32,000 bases of DNA, from the NCBI RefSeq assembly GCF_000284455.1, contig NC_017039.1, positions 3,000,001 through 3,032,000 on the forward strand, given 5' to 3'. Position 1 is the stretch's first letter, and every line of letters starts with the position of its first letter. This document shows, in pieces, positions 1-9,499 of the stretch. A model generated the notes under the pieces. That model searched no databases. It was not told where the DNA came from and worked only from the letters and a program-made list of their open reading frames with translations. The DNA comes from Synechocystis sp. PCC 6803 substr. PCC-P. Lineage in GTDB: Bacteria > Cyanobacteriota > Cyanobacteriia > Cyanobacteriales > Microcystaceae. Both the position numbers and the translations under genes were made by a program.

Positions 1-1
1 T

Positions 2-625
2 CGGAGCGTTGAGGCCCAAACCATGGCAGTCCATGCCAAAGACGTCCTCGCCCAAGCGAAGGTAGTGGATGATTTGGCCACAGCCCTTGGCGATCGCCAG
101 CGCATCATTGCCACCAGTGCTAGGGAGCGAATATTGCAATCCCCCATGGAAACCCCCCGCCAAGCATTGCCTTGGTTGTTGGCTCCAAACCTCAAAAGCG
201 CCCTAGTATTTGGTCGGGAAGACAGTGGCCTAACCAATGAGGAACTCAACCAAGCCCACCGTTTTGTGCGGATCCCAGTCCATCCCCAATATCCCTCGTT
301 GAACCTTTCCCAAGCAGTGATGGTCTGTACTTATGAATTGTACCAAGCTAGCCTAGCCATGGAGACAAATAACCAAGTCCCTGGCGATCGCCTGGAGGAT
401 GGGTCAACCATGCCCTTGGCCACCAATGCTCAATTGGATAGTTACTGTCAGCACCTGGAGAAAACTTTGCTCAATATCGAAGTTTTATATCCCCATACTG
501 CCCGTAGTAAAATGGCGAAATTTCGCAGAATTTATCAGCGAGCCGCCCTAAACAGCGAAGAAGTGGCCCTATTGCGGGGAATTTTGGGCCAAATTGATTG
601 GTTAGCGCAACAAATTAAGCCTTAA
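2..625 (+). CDS. trmJ: tRNA/rRNA methyltransferase, TrmH/SpoU family (TrmJ-like), 5' end outside window
   Basis: Frame is open to the left edge (R-S-V-E-A-Q-T-M-A-V-H-A). Contains the SPOUT knot signatures 'ALVFGREDSGLTNEEL' and 'YPSLNLSQAVMVCTYELYQ'. Confidence 0.85.
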   Translation, partial: RSVEAQTMAVHAKDVLAQAKVVDDLATALGDRQRIIATSARERILQSPMETPRQALPWLLAPNLKSALVFGREDSGLTNEELNQAHRFVRIPVHPQYPSLNLSQAVMVCTYELYQASLAMETNNQVPGDRLEDGSTMPLATNAQLDSYCQHLEKTLLNIEVLYPHTARSKMAKFRRIYQRAALNSEEVALLRGILGQIDWLAQQIKP

Positions 626-793
626 ATTAGTCATTCCGAGCAACCAAGGGGGGGATTGTGATGGCCTGGCCAATAAACTTTTGCCAAGTTCTTGTCCTGT
701 ATGGGTGCTTCGTTTTAGAGTGTTGAACTAATGGAAAGGCCGCCCTCCCTAACGACCGATCCTCCTCTGGGTTAATGCCCCTCCAGCCTCACC

Positions 794-2281
794 ATGATTA
801 CTTCCATGCCCCGCCGTCCTAAGTCTCGTCGCACCCAACGCCGTAATCTCCGGGTTATCTCCGGTACATCTACCCCCCCCACCGGCGTCACCATTGCTGA
901 GGTTGGGGAACAGGCCGGTGCTTCCACAGAAATAAACCAAGAGCAGTCAAACCAAAAGCCAGGGGAAACCAAGGTCAACCCCCTGAAGGTTGTTAGCGCC
1001 ACCGGGGTTAAATCCGTAGCCAAGGGTAAAAATGTCGGCCTACGGCCCCGCAAACCCAGTAAACCCCTCAGTTGGTGGCAAAAGAGTGTGTTGACCTCTG
1101 TTCGCCTTGGCATTGTGGGTATTGGCATCGGGGCGATCGCCGGTACGGCCATTACCACCTTCAGTCCCACTAAATTTATCCGGGGAGACCAGAATGGTGC
1201 CCCCTTGGCCACTGCGAAAGAACCCCATCAAACCCAGCCGGACCAGCCAGCTATTTACCCCCAAAAGGTGTTAGCTTCCATTGCGGGTTGGGTCACCACT
1301 GAAACCGATAAATTGCGGGGAACACCGGCAACGGCCACACCAGAAGCGACAGAAAGTCAGGAAACGACCGTGGCCACTGCCCCCAGTGCTGTCTCTGACC
1401 AGGTTCAGCCTACCCAAGAGGATCAGGCCCTAACCCAAAAATTAACTACCCTGGGCACTTCCAAAGCTCCGGCCATTAATTCCTACTCCTATTTCATTGA
1501 TGTGGATAACGGCCAGTTCGCCAATGCCAAGGGAGAAACCCAACTCCCCGCCGCCAGCACCATTAAAATTCCCGTGGCGATCGCCTTTTTTGAAGCAGTG
1601 GACCAGGGCAAAATTCAACTCCACGAAGAACTGCCCCTAACGCAAGATGTGATTGTGGGGGAAGCGGGAACTATGCAATATGACGTGGGCAAACGCTCCA
1701 GCTATCCAGCCTTGGAGGTGGTGACCAAAATGATTGTGATCAGCGATAACACCGCCACCAATATGTTAATCAAACGGCTGGGGGGTAAGGAATTTCTCAA
1801 CCAACGCTTCCAGGCTTGGCAGATGCCCCAAACGAAAATTAATAATTACCTGCCGGATTTAGAAGGTACCAACACCACCAGTCCCCAGGATCTAGCTTTA
1901 TTGCTGGTCAAACTCCAGGGAGGGGAATTGTTATCCCTTAAATCCCGTGATCGCCTGTTGGGGATCATGCAACAGACCAAAACCCGCACCCTTTTACCCC
2001 AGGGGTTGGAACCGGATGCCCAAATTGCCCATAAAACCGGCGACATTGGTACCGTCTTGGGGGATGCGGGCATAGTGGATATGCCCAATGGCAAACGCTA
2101 TGTGGGGGCCGTCTTGGCCACCAGACCCCATAACGATGTGGCGGGCCGTTTGCTAATTCAAGATATTTCTCGCACTGCTTACCAACACTACAAAGGTATT
2201 ACCCCTCCAGCTAGCAGTCCCGCCCAACCCCCGGCTAAGCAGGAAAGCCCTGCTACTGCTCCAGTGGAGCCGAGTAATTAA
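794..2281 (+). CDS. Membrane-anchored class A beta-lactamase-like serine hydrolase
   Basis: SxxK motif (STIKIP), SDN motif (SDNTATN) and KTG motif (HKTGDIG). Basic Pro-rich N-terminus followed by one hydrophobic helix (SVRLGIVGIGIGAIAGTAITTF). Confidence 0.85.
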   Translation: MITSMPRRPKSRRTQRRNLRVISGTSTPPTGVTIAEVGEQAGASTEINQEQSNQKPGETKVNPLKVVSATGVKSVAKGKNVGLRPRKPSKPLSWWQKSVLTSVRLGIVGIGIGAIAGTAITTFSPTKFIRGDQNGAPLATAKEPHQTQPDQPAIYPQKVLASIAGWVTTETDKLRGTPATATPEATESQETTVATAPSAVSDQVQPTQEDQALTQKLTTLGTSKAPAINSYSYFIDVDNGQFANAKGETQLPAASTIKIPVAIAFFEAVDQGKIQLHEELPLTQDVIVGEAGTMQYDVGKRSSYPALEVVTKMIVISDNTATNMLIKRLGGKEFLNQRFQAWQMPQTKINNYLPDLEGTNTTSPQDLALLLVKLQGGELLSLKSRDRLLGIMQQTKTRTLLPQGLEPDAQIAHKTGDIGTVLGDAGIVDMPNGKRYVGAVLATRPHNDVAGRLLIQDISRTAYQHYKGITPPASSPAQPPAKQESPATAPVEPSN

Positions 2282-4468
2282 TCAAACTGAACGTAGTTCC
2301 GGGTCTTCCGTAGTTTCGGCGATCGCCTGGGCAGTGAAAATTGCCTGGGAACTCTGGCTTTGTTCCGGGGAAGCGGGACGGCGTTGCACATAGGTGCCAT
2401 CGGGCTGTAGCTCCCAAGCTTGACGATTATCGGCCAAAAGAATGCCCAAGATGGACTGTAATTCCTGTTTGAGATCCGGCTGTTCCACCGGCACCACCGC
2501 CTCCACCCGTCGGGTTAGATTACGACTCATCCAATCGGCACTGCCAATGTAAATTTCCTCTTCACCGCCATTGTGGAAATAGAAAATGCGGGAGTGCTCC
2601 AACAGACGACCAATTACACTGATTACCCGAATGTTTTCACTGACATTTTCCACCCCCGGTCGGAGGCAACAAATACCCCGCACAATCAGATCAATCTGCA
2701 CCCCCGCCTGGGAAGCTGCGTAGAGGGCACGAATGATCTGGGTATCTACCAGGGAATTCATCTTGGCCACAATGCGGCCGGTGCCCCCATTTAAACAATG
2801 GTCCGCTTCCCGCTCAATCATGGCCACCATTCTTTCCCGCATATTAACCGGAGCCACCAGCAATTTTTGGTAATCCTTTTGGCGGGAATAGCCGGTGAGA
2901 AAGTTAAATAAATTGGTCAGGTCATTGCCCAATTCCGGACGACAGGTAATCAACCCCAAATCGGTGTAGAGCTTAGCGGTTTTGGGATTGTAATTACCAG
3001 TACCAATGTGAACGTAACGACGGATATCAGGGCCTTCCTGGCGCACCACGAGGACGGTTTTAGTGTGGGTTTTTAGCCCCACCAGTCCATAGACCACATG
3101 GACGCCGTACTGTTCTAGCTTTCTAGCCCAGTTAATGTTATTTTCTTCATCAAAACGGGCCTTGAGTTCCACCAACACCGCCACCTGTTTGCCATTTTCC
3201 GCCGCCGCAATCAGAGCGTTAACAATGGGGGAATCCCCCGAAGTGCGGTACAGGGTCATTTTAATGGTCAATACATGGGGATCGTAGGCCGCCTGGGTAA
3301 TAAATTGTTGCACCGAAGCGGTGAAGGATTGGTAGGGATGGTGAACTAAAATATCTCCCTGGCGAATCAGAGTAAAAATATCTATCCCCTCCTGCTGGAC
3401 CCGGCCGTCTTCGTCCCCATCGACAAATTCATAGACATGCTTCAGGCGGGGAGGAATAACCGAAGCCCAGGGTTCGTCCTTGAGGTGGGGAGCAGGTAAA
3501 GAAAGGAAAAAGAACAGATCCTTCAGCCCCAACAGGCCGTCAATGTCATAAACGTCAATTTCTTCTAGCCCTAGATCCGTCATCAGGCGATCGCGAATAT
3601 TTTTCGGAGTTGAAGCATTGATCTCCAAGCGCACAGCGGATTTCCCCACCCTACGTTTACGCAATTCCTCTTCGATCGCCAGGAGTAGATCATCAGCCTC
3701 GTCTTCTTCCACTGCAATGTCTGCGTTACGGGTCACCCGAAATAAATGACATTCCTGGATGATCATGCCGGGAAAAAGGGAAGCTAAATTGTGGGCGATG
3801 ACCTGCTCCAGGGGCACACCGGTCCAGAGCCATGGTTTGTTGGGGTCTGGCTGACACACGTCCTCCGGCAAAGCCACAAAGCGGGGCAGAGTGGGGGGCA
3901 CTTTTACCCTGGCAAATAATTCTTCATCCGTATCCGGGTCTCGCACCACCACCCCCAAATTAAGACTAAGGTTGGAAATGTAGGGAAAAGGATGGCTGGG
4001 GTCCACCGCCAGGGGAGTTAAAACCGGGAAAATATGGTCATCATAGAATTGATGCAAATACTGTCTTTCTTCTTGGCTTAGATCTACATAATCGTTGAGG
4101 AAAATGCCCTCATCCGCTAATTTTTCCTTGAGCACATACTCAAACACCTGGTTTTGTTGATATACCAAAGGCCGCAGACTTTTGCTAATTTCTTTAAGCT
4201 GTTGGGATGGAGTACGACCATCCGCAGTCAACTTGGTGACATTCGCTTCTACCTGTTGCTTGAGCCCCGCCACCCTGACCATAAAAAATTCATCTAGGTT
4301 GGAGCAAAAAATCGCCAAAAACTTTAACCGTTCCAACAAGGGGGTACGGTCGTCTAAACCTTCATGGAGCACCCGCTGATTAAAGGCTAACCAACTCAAT
4401 TCTCGATTGAAATAGTAAGCAGGATCTTTAAAGTCAACGGTGGGAGCAGAGGGCATAGCTTGGATCAT
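2282..4468 (-). CDS. ppk: Polyphosphate kinase PPK1
   Basis: 728 aa with PPK1 hallmarks: 'YFNRELSWLAFNQRVL', 'HHPYQSFTASVQQFITQAA', 'KMTLYRTSGDSPIVNALI', 'VHIGTGNYNPKTAKLYTDLGL', 'SADWMSRNLTRRVEAVVPV'. Confidence 0.97.
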   Translation of the reverse strand: MIQAMPSAPTVDFKDPAYYFNRELSWLAFNQRVLHEGLDDRTPLLERLKFLAIFCSNLDEFFMVRVAGLKQQVEANVTKLTADGRTPSQQLKEISKSLRPLVYQQNQVFEYVLKEKLADEGIFLNDYVDLSQEERQYLHQFYDDHIFPVLTPLAVDPSHPFPYISNLSLNLGVVVRDPDTDEELFARVKVPPTLPRFVALPEDVCQPDPNKPWLWTGVPLEQVIAHNLASLFPGMIIQECHLFRVTRNADIAVEEDEADDLLLAIEEELRKRRVGKSAVRLEINASTPKNIRDRLMTDLGLEEIDVYDIDGLLGLKDLFFFLSLPAPHLKDEPWASVIPPRLKHVYEFVDGDEDGRVQQEGIDIFTLIRQGDILVHHPYQSFTASVQQFITQAAYDPHVLTIKMTLYRTSGDSPIVNALIAAAENGKQVAVLVELKARFDEENNINWARKLEQYGVHVVYGLVGLKTHTKTVLVVRQEGPDIRRYVHIGTGNYNPKTAKLYTDLGLITCRPELGNDLTNLFNFLTGYSRQKDYQKLLVAPVNMRERMVAMIEREADHCLNGGTGRIVAKMNSLVDTQIIRALYAASQAGVQIDLIVRGICCLRPGVENVSENIRVISVIGRLLEHSRIFYFHNGGEEEIYIGSADWMSRNLTRRVEAVVPVEQPDLKQELQSILGILLADNRQAWELQPDGTYVQRRPASPEQSQSSQAIFTAQAIAETTEDPELRSV

Positions 4469-4636
4469 GGGGGCAGGACACCAATGGCATAGGGATAGGC
4501 GATCAGGTTGATCTTACCCCAGCTTAACCTGACGAAAATTATGGCCAGTTTAAGGACGGTAAAAAACGAAATTAGCTGGAAAAAGTAGCAGATGGGGAGC
4601 AAGGGACATTGAAGTGATCCTTCGCATATATTTCCC

Positions 4637-4831
4637 ATGGAAAATATAAACTATGAGCGGCTTTTGGATATAGATGGCTACTACAAAGAAAATCTGGAAT
4701 TGATTGAGTCCCTAAAAAACAATAGACAGAACATAGGCGAGATTGAATTGCAGGGAGTTTTTAATCAAACGTTCAAATACAGAAAACAGCCAGATAAAGT
4801 TGGTACTGGTGCAACCGTCAATCACAGTTAG
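4637..4831 (+). CDS. Small hypothetical ORF (64 aa)
   Basis: ORF track only. Plausible composition, but no recognizable family and no clear Shine-Dalgarno. Confidence 0.3.
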   Translation: MENINYERLLDIDGYYKENLELIESLKNNRQNIGEIELQGVFNQTFKYRKQPDKVGTGATVNHS

Positions 4832-4876
4832 CAGAGCAAAAGACTGGTGCAGTCCATATTTCCCAGCAAAAAAACA

Positions 4877-5104
4877 CTAATTGCCCAAATTTTTCTGGGA
4901 TTTGAGCACAATGGCTGCCACCAAAGCTGGAGTGCCACCGATTAAACCGATCGCCAACCAACGACGGAAATTACGACCCTTCCCATAGGCGATCGCCGTG
5001 GCGGTGAGTCCCAGTAAACAATGGGCCGTACCGAGGATAATAACCTGGGTGACAATGGGTAAATTGGTTAACTTTGTTAGGGCATCAGTATTTGTCAAGA
5101 CCAA
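4877..5104 (-). CDS. Small membrane protein (75 aa, two predicted hydrophobic segments) directly downstream of minE
   Basis: Start codon lies 3 nt after the minE stop on the same strand. Hydrophobic stretches VTQVIILGTAHCLLGLTATAIAY and WLAIGLIGGTPALVAAIVL. Confidence 0.65.
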   Translation of the reverse strand: MVLTNTDALTKLTNLPIVTQVIILGTAHCLLGLTATAIAYGKGRNFRRWLAIGLIGGTPALVAAIVLKSQKNLGN

Positions 5105-5107
5105 CCC

Positions 5108-5401
5108 CTAACTTTCTTGTGCTTCTGATTTAGCTTTGGTTCGACGTACCCGACGCACCGGCAAATTGGCAATTAAAGCTGTCATCCGTTGGTCACTTTC
5201 CAAGGAAAACTCCATCTCTCCGGGGTCAATTTCCACATAGCGACTTACCACCTCCACGATTTCCCGTCGCATTTCCTCCATCATTTCCGGGCTTAGCCCT
5301 GATCGATCATTGGCGATGACCAGTTTGAGCCTCCGACGGGCATCTTCGCCGCTATTTTTGCCACTCCGGCTAAAGAGCCTTTCAATCAATTCCAAAATCA
5401 T
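5108..5401 (-). CDS. minE: Cell division topological specificity factor MinE
   Basis: 97 aa, 'ARRRLKLVIANDRSGLSPEMMEEMRREIVEVVSRYVEID', located downstream of minD. Confidence 0.95.
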   Translation of the reverse strand: MILELIERLFSRSGKNSGEDARRRLKLVIANDRSGLSPEMMEEMRREIVEVVSRYVEIDPGEMEFSLESDQRMTALIANLPVRRVRRTKAKSEAQES

Positions 5402-5458
5402 GCTGGTTTTCGCTCACTGGCTGTTAGGTCATAACGGAAAAAGGGCAAATCCATGGGA

Positions 5459-6259
5459 TTAACCCCCCAAGAGACGACGGCGGATACGGTTGAGTAGGGT
5501 ATTGTGGGCCGCCATGAAATCCAGAAAAGGAATGTCTTGACCTTCTAGGCGACGGGCAATGTTTTGGAACGCTAACCCCGGTACAGAAAGCTTTTCTTCC
5601 ATCACTAAAGGTTCCCCTTTGTTGGTGGAAATAATAATTTTTTGATCGTCTGGCAAAATGCCAATGAGCGGCACCGCTAAAAGGTCTAAAATGTCCTCCA
5701 CACTAATCATTTGATTGAGTTGTACCATCTCTGGTCGCAGGCGGTTAACAATCAAGCTAATTTTGCCGATGTCTTCCGCTTCCAAAAGACCAATTACCCG
5801 GTCTGCATCCCGCACCGCCGACATCTCTGGAGTGGTGACAATGATTGCTTCCTGGGCCGGAGCCACGGCATTGCGAAAACCAGCTTCAATACCAGCGGGA
5901 CAGTCGATGATAATGTAGTCAAACTTATCTTTGAGTTGTTCCACCAAAGACTGCATTTGTTCAGCATTGATGGCATCCTTTGACCGGTTTTGGGCGGCAG
6001 GGAGCAGGACTAAATTGGGCAGACGCTTATCTTTTACTAGGGCTTTGTCGATGGTACATTCATCAGCTAAAACGTCGATAGCGGTGTAAACAATACGTTG
6101 TTCCAAACCCAGCAATAAATCCAGATTTCGCAGGCCAAAGTCCGCATCAATCAGGACAACCTTTTTTCCCAATCGAGCTAGGGCCGCTCCTAAATTGGCG
6201 GTGGTGGTGGTTTTTCCGACTCCACCTTTGCCCGAAGTGACAACAATAATCCGATTCAT
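5459..6259 (-). CDS. minD: Septum site-determining ATPase MinD
   Basis: Deviant Walker A 'VTSGKGGVGKTTTTANLG', 'VLIDADFGLRNLDLLLGLE', and a C-terminal amphipathic tail 'LNRIRRRLLGG'. Confidence 0.97.
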   Translation of the reverse strand: MNRIIVVTSGKGGVGKTTTTANLGAALARLGKKVVLIDADFGLRNLDLLLGLEQRIVYTAIDVLADECTIDKALVKDKRLPNLVLLPAAQNRSKDAINAEQMQSLVEQLKDKFDYIIIDCPAGIEAGFRNAVAPAQEAIIVTTPEMSAVRDADRVIGLLEAEDIGKISLIVNRLRPEMVQLNQMISVEDILDLLAVPLIGILPDDQKIIISTNKGEPLVMEEKLSVPGLAFQNIARRLEGQDIPFLDFMAAHNTLLNRIRRRLLGG

Positions 6260-6335
6260 AGTTGGCTGATAACGTGCGGTAATAACTTGGACTCGAAACT
6301 GTTAGCGGGCAGTTAGTGAGTAAGGGGTAAGGATT

Positions 6336-7082
6336 TTATAGCAGAGCAGAACGCTGAAACTGACGCACCGGGGTCAGACGGATACCTTCTGAAGTAATAT
6401 AAGCGATTTCGGGCTCACGGCGATCAACGGCATCGGCCCCTACCCTAGCTAGGCGATCGCCAATGCGGATCTGACAGGCGGCCAACCGCAGAATCATAAT
6501 AACAGCCTGGTCATTGCCTTTGGCACCGGCATGGGCCATACCCCGCAAACATCCCCAAATAAGGATGTCACCGTCGGCCACAATGCTACTGCCCGGATTG
6601 ACATCGCCAATGATGACTACATCTCCTCCATGGCGAATTTCCCCCCCAGAACGGAGGGTATGGCGTACCACTAACGGTTTGGGGAGAGAAGGGGTCTCGG
6701 AAGGATCCACCAGGGGCTTGTCGGCCATGGTTTGATCCACGGAAAGGCCGGCACTGGCGGCGGCCACAGCGGTTTGACGACGGTTGGTTTCCACCCACTG
6801 CAAGGTCAGGTTCTGTTCCTTCAGGCCAGCGGCGATCGCCTGGAGTTGTCTAGCATCCAACAGTTGATTATTCACCGCTAACCGCACTAGGGTCTGGTCT
6901 TGCCATCGCCCCGCCATAATACGCAGATAATTACCCAAGCTTTGTTCCAGTTGTTGATGGGAAAACACCAGGCTAGGGGAGTCGGGAGCCGTCGTTACCG
7001 TCGGGAGAGTTAGGGATAATCGGACAAAGTTTCCCTGGGGGACTAATTGCCACTCAGGATGGGGTGTGTCGTCACTCATCAA
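6336..7082 (-). CDS. minC: Septum site-determining protein MinC
   Basis: C-terminal beta-helix signature '[36 protein letters not shown]'; first gene of the minCDE order. Confidence 0.93.
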   Translation of the reverse strand: [248 protein letters not shown]

Positions 7083-7290
7083 AAAAATTTAGAATTTTGC
7101 CGTAGGATCGCCCTTTACCTTAGCACTTCACTTTCCCCGACCGTCCTCCTCCCAGGGGGTCAATTCGAGCTGGGGTGGAGATTTTTTGCCCTGGGGCCGG
7201 GAGGGTTAGGAAAGACAAATTTTTCGCTACGATTGAAGAGAATCCTGCCATACTCCGCTGTGGTATTTAACATTAATCCCTACATTATTT

Positions 7291-7923
7291 ATGGCTGTCT
7301 GTCCCACCTGTAATCACACCAATCCAGAAGGGGCCATCCAGTGTGAGGCCTGCTTTACCCCCCTGCCCACTCTGATGCCTTGTCCCCACTGTGGCAGCTC
7401 CGTGCAAAGTGATGCTACTTTTTGCGGCAACTGTGGACAGACCATTGATCCCCAACAATTAGTAGTAAGTGCTCCGGAGGAAGAAGAGGTCCCCATCCCG
7501 ATCGCCGTAGCTCCAGAAAGTGCTGAACCCATTCCGGCCATTCCCGAAGTTTCCTCCACACCGGCCCCATTTCCCGTGGGCACCCAACTCCAATCCCAGG
7601 GAGCTTCCCTTGTCCATGTGCAGACCCAAACCACGTTGGAAATTCCTGCCGGCCTAACGGTAATCCACCTAGGAAAACCCAACGATAAGGTACCACCAGA
7701 CATCGATGTATCGGGTTTTGCCAATTCCGATGTGGTGTCTAGGGTCCATGCCGATATCCGTCTGGAAGGCAATGAGTATTTCTTGGAAGATGTGGGCAGT
7801 GCCAATGGCACCTACGTTAACCACACGGCCCTCCTCCCAGGCAACCGTCATTTACTGCGTCCCGGCGATCGCCTTGCTTTGGGCAAAGGGGATTTGGTCA
7901 CATTTATATTTCAGTTGCATTAG
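7291..7923 (+). CDS. fraH: Double zinc-ribbon plus C-terminal FHA domain protein, FraH-like
   Basis: Paired CxxC motifs (CPTC..CEAC, CPHC..CGNC), a Pro-rich linker and an FHA core 'SRVHADIRLEGNEYFLEDVGSANGTYVNH'. Confidence 0.8.
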   Translation: MAVCPTCNHTNPEGAIQCEACFTPLPTLMPCPHCGSSVQSDATFCGNCGQTIDPQQLVVSAPEEEEVPIPIAVAPESAEPIPAIPEVSSTPAPFPVGTQLQSQGASLVHVQTQTTLEIPAGLTVIHLGKPNDKVPPDIDVSGFANSDVVSRVHADIRLEGNEYFLEDVGSANGTYVNHTALLPGNRHLLRPGDRLALGKGDLVTFIFQLH

Positions 7924-7984
7924 GTTGCCCCCAACTTTGCTCAGGAATTAAATCCACCATTGAATATTGAGATCCCCTAGGCGC

Positions 7985-8692
7985 ATGGAAATTCCCGTCC
8001 GCTATCAACCCCGCCTTTTAACTCCGGAGGAAAGGGCAGGTTATCTAGATTGGTCTTTGGATTTTTTTACCGACGATCGCCTATTGCAAATTCCCTACAT
8101 TGATTTGACGTTGCAATTGGATGTGACCAATGCCTATGGAGTTTACCAACAACAAAAGGACAGCCCAGGCAGTTTTTTTGCTTTTTTGCTCTGGCATTGG
8201 ATGCAATGTTTGCAAAACCATTGGGAATTTCGGCTCCGCTATTACAATCAACAATGGTATGTGTTGGATAATCCGCCGGCCATGGTCAGCGTGGCGATCG
8301 GGGGCAAAGAACGTTTTTCCGAAATGCTATTGGAGAATGTCTCCCAACTTAGCTATGGGGATTTTGCTCAACTTTACAGTGAGAAATTAGCCCAAATTCG
8401 GGCAGGAAACTACGAGAGAGCTGAATATAACACCTTCTGTTTAGCTTGTATTTTTGGTAATTTACCCAACTTAAAATTTACGACTTTGAGTGTACACTAT
8501 CGCAGAGAAAAAATCCAAGGACAACCCTGGTTTTACTTCGGGCAACGCTACTGGCAGGATGGCAAATTATTAATTCCCCTTTGTTTTAAAATTCACCATG
8601 CGAATGCAGACCCCTTTGTGCTTGATCAACTAATCAGCCAATTCCAAACTCTTTTTTCTCCTATGCCATGTATTCCACCATCCTCAAGCTAA
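7985..8692 (+). CDS. Chloramphenicol acetyltransferase (CAT)-like protein
   Basis: CAT-family-like fold signatures, 'IPLCFKIHHANADPFVLDQLI' (active-site His region). ATG at 7985; the tracked ORF begins at a TTG at 7967. Confidence 0.65.
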   Translation: MEIPVRYQPRLLTPEERAGYLDWSLDFFTDDRLLQIPYIDLTLQLDVTNAYGVYQQQKDSPGSFFAFLLWHWMQCLQNHWEFRLRYYNQQWYVLDNPPAMVSVAIGGKERFSEMLLENVSQLSYGDFAQLYSEKLAQIRAGNYERAEYNTFCLACIFGNLPNLKFTTLSVHYRREKIQGQPWFYFGQRYWQDGKLLIPLCFKIHHANADPFVLDQLISQFQTLFSPMPCIPPSSS

Positions 8693-9252
8693 GGCCAATT
8701 ATTTCGCTAACAGATCAGCAATTTGTCGCTCTCTGTCAACAAAATCCTGATTTAAAATTTGAACGTAGCTCCAACGGAGACCTAATTATTATGCCCCCCA
8801 CGGGTGGAGAAACAGGCCGTCGCAACTCAGAATTAAACACGGATTTTAATCTTTGGAATCGTCGGACTCAATTGGGTGTAGTCTTTGATTCTTCTACTTG
8901 CTTTCGTTTGCCTAACGGTGCTTTGCGCTCCCCCGATGTGGCGTGGGTAAAAAGGTCGACATGGGAAGCATTAACTCCCGCAGAAAGGGAAAAGTTTCCC
9001 CCGCTCTGTCCAGATTTTGTGTTGGAACTACTTTCCCCCAGTGATGCCCTAGCTGCAACTCAAGCAAAAATGCGTGAATATTTAAGCTGTGGAACGGAGT
9101 TAGGCTGGTTAATTAATCCGATTGATCAACAAGTGGAAATATATCGCCCTGATTCCCCGATAGAAATATTAAACAAACCCCAAACACTCAATGGCGATCG
9201 CCTGTTGCCGGACTTGGAACTCAATGTGGCTTGGTTATGGGGGGCAAACTAA
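8668..9252 (+). CDS. Uma2 family (DUF820, PD-(D/E)XK-like) protein
   Basis: 'LIIMPPTGGETGRRNSELN', 'SPDVAWVKRSTW', 'PDFVLELLSPSDALAATQAKMREYLSCGTELGWLINP'. The start overlaps the preceding gene, so the true start may differ. Confidence 0.85.
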   Translation: MYSTILKLRPIISLTDQQFVALCQQNPDLKFERSSNGDLIIMPPTGGETGRRNSELNTDFNLWNRRTQLGVVFDSSTCFRLPNGALRSPDVAWVKRSTWEALTPAEREKFPPLCPDFVLELLSPSDALAATQAKMREYLSCGTELGWLINPIDQQVEIYRPDSPIEILNKPQTLNGDRLLPDLELNVAWLWGAN

Positions 9253-9499
9253 TTCAGAATCTCCATGACACTTCAAAGACTTGCCTATTACCTTCATAAG
9301 AAAATAGGGATATTAATAATTGCCGAGTAACAAGGCACATATGGGTATGATAGCGCGAATTTCCACCCTAGGACAATTTTTTAATAATTAATTAACACTA
9401 GATTTAAGAAACCTATCAATTTATAAATAATTACCAACAAAATAAAGTTTACTATATCAACCTCGATAAACTGAAGGTATCGATTAGGGGTAAATAGAT

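Noticed and set aside
749-1264. Minus-strand and alternate-frame ORFs over the serine hydrolase gene (and similar shadow ORFs over ppk, minD, ppsA, the nucleotidase and the HerA gene)
   Set aside because: They overlap strongly supported genes, show no recognizable motifs, and are expected by chance in moderately GC-rich coding DNA.
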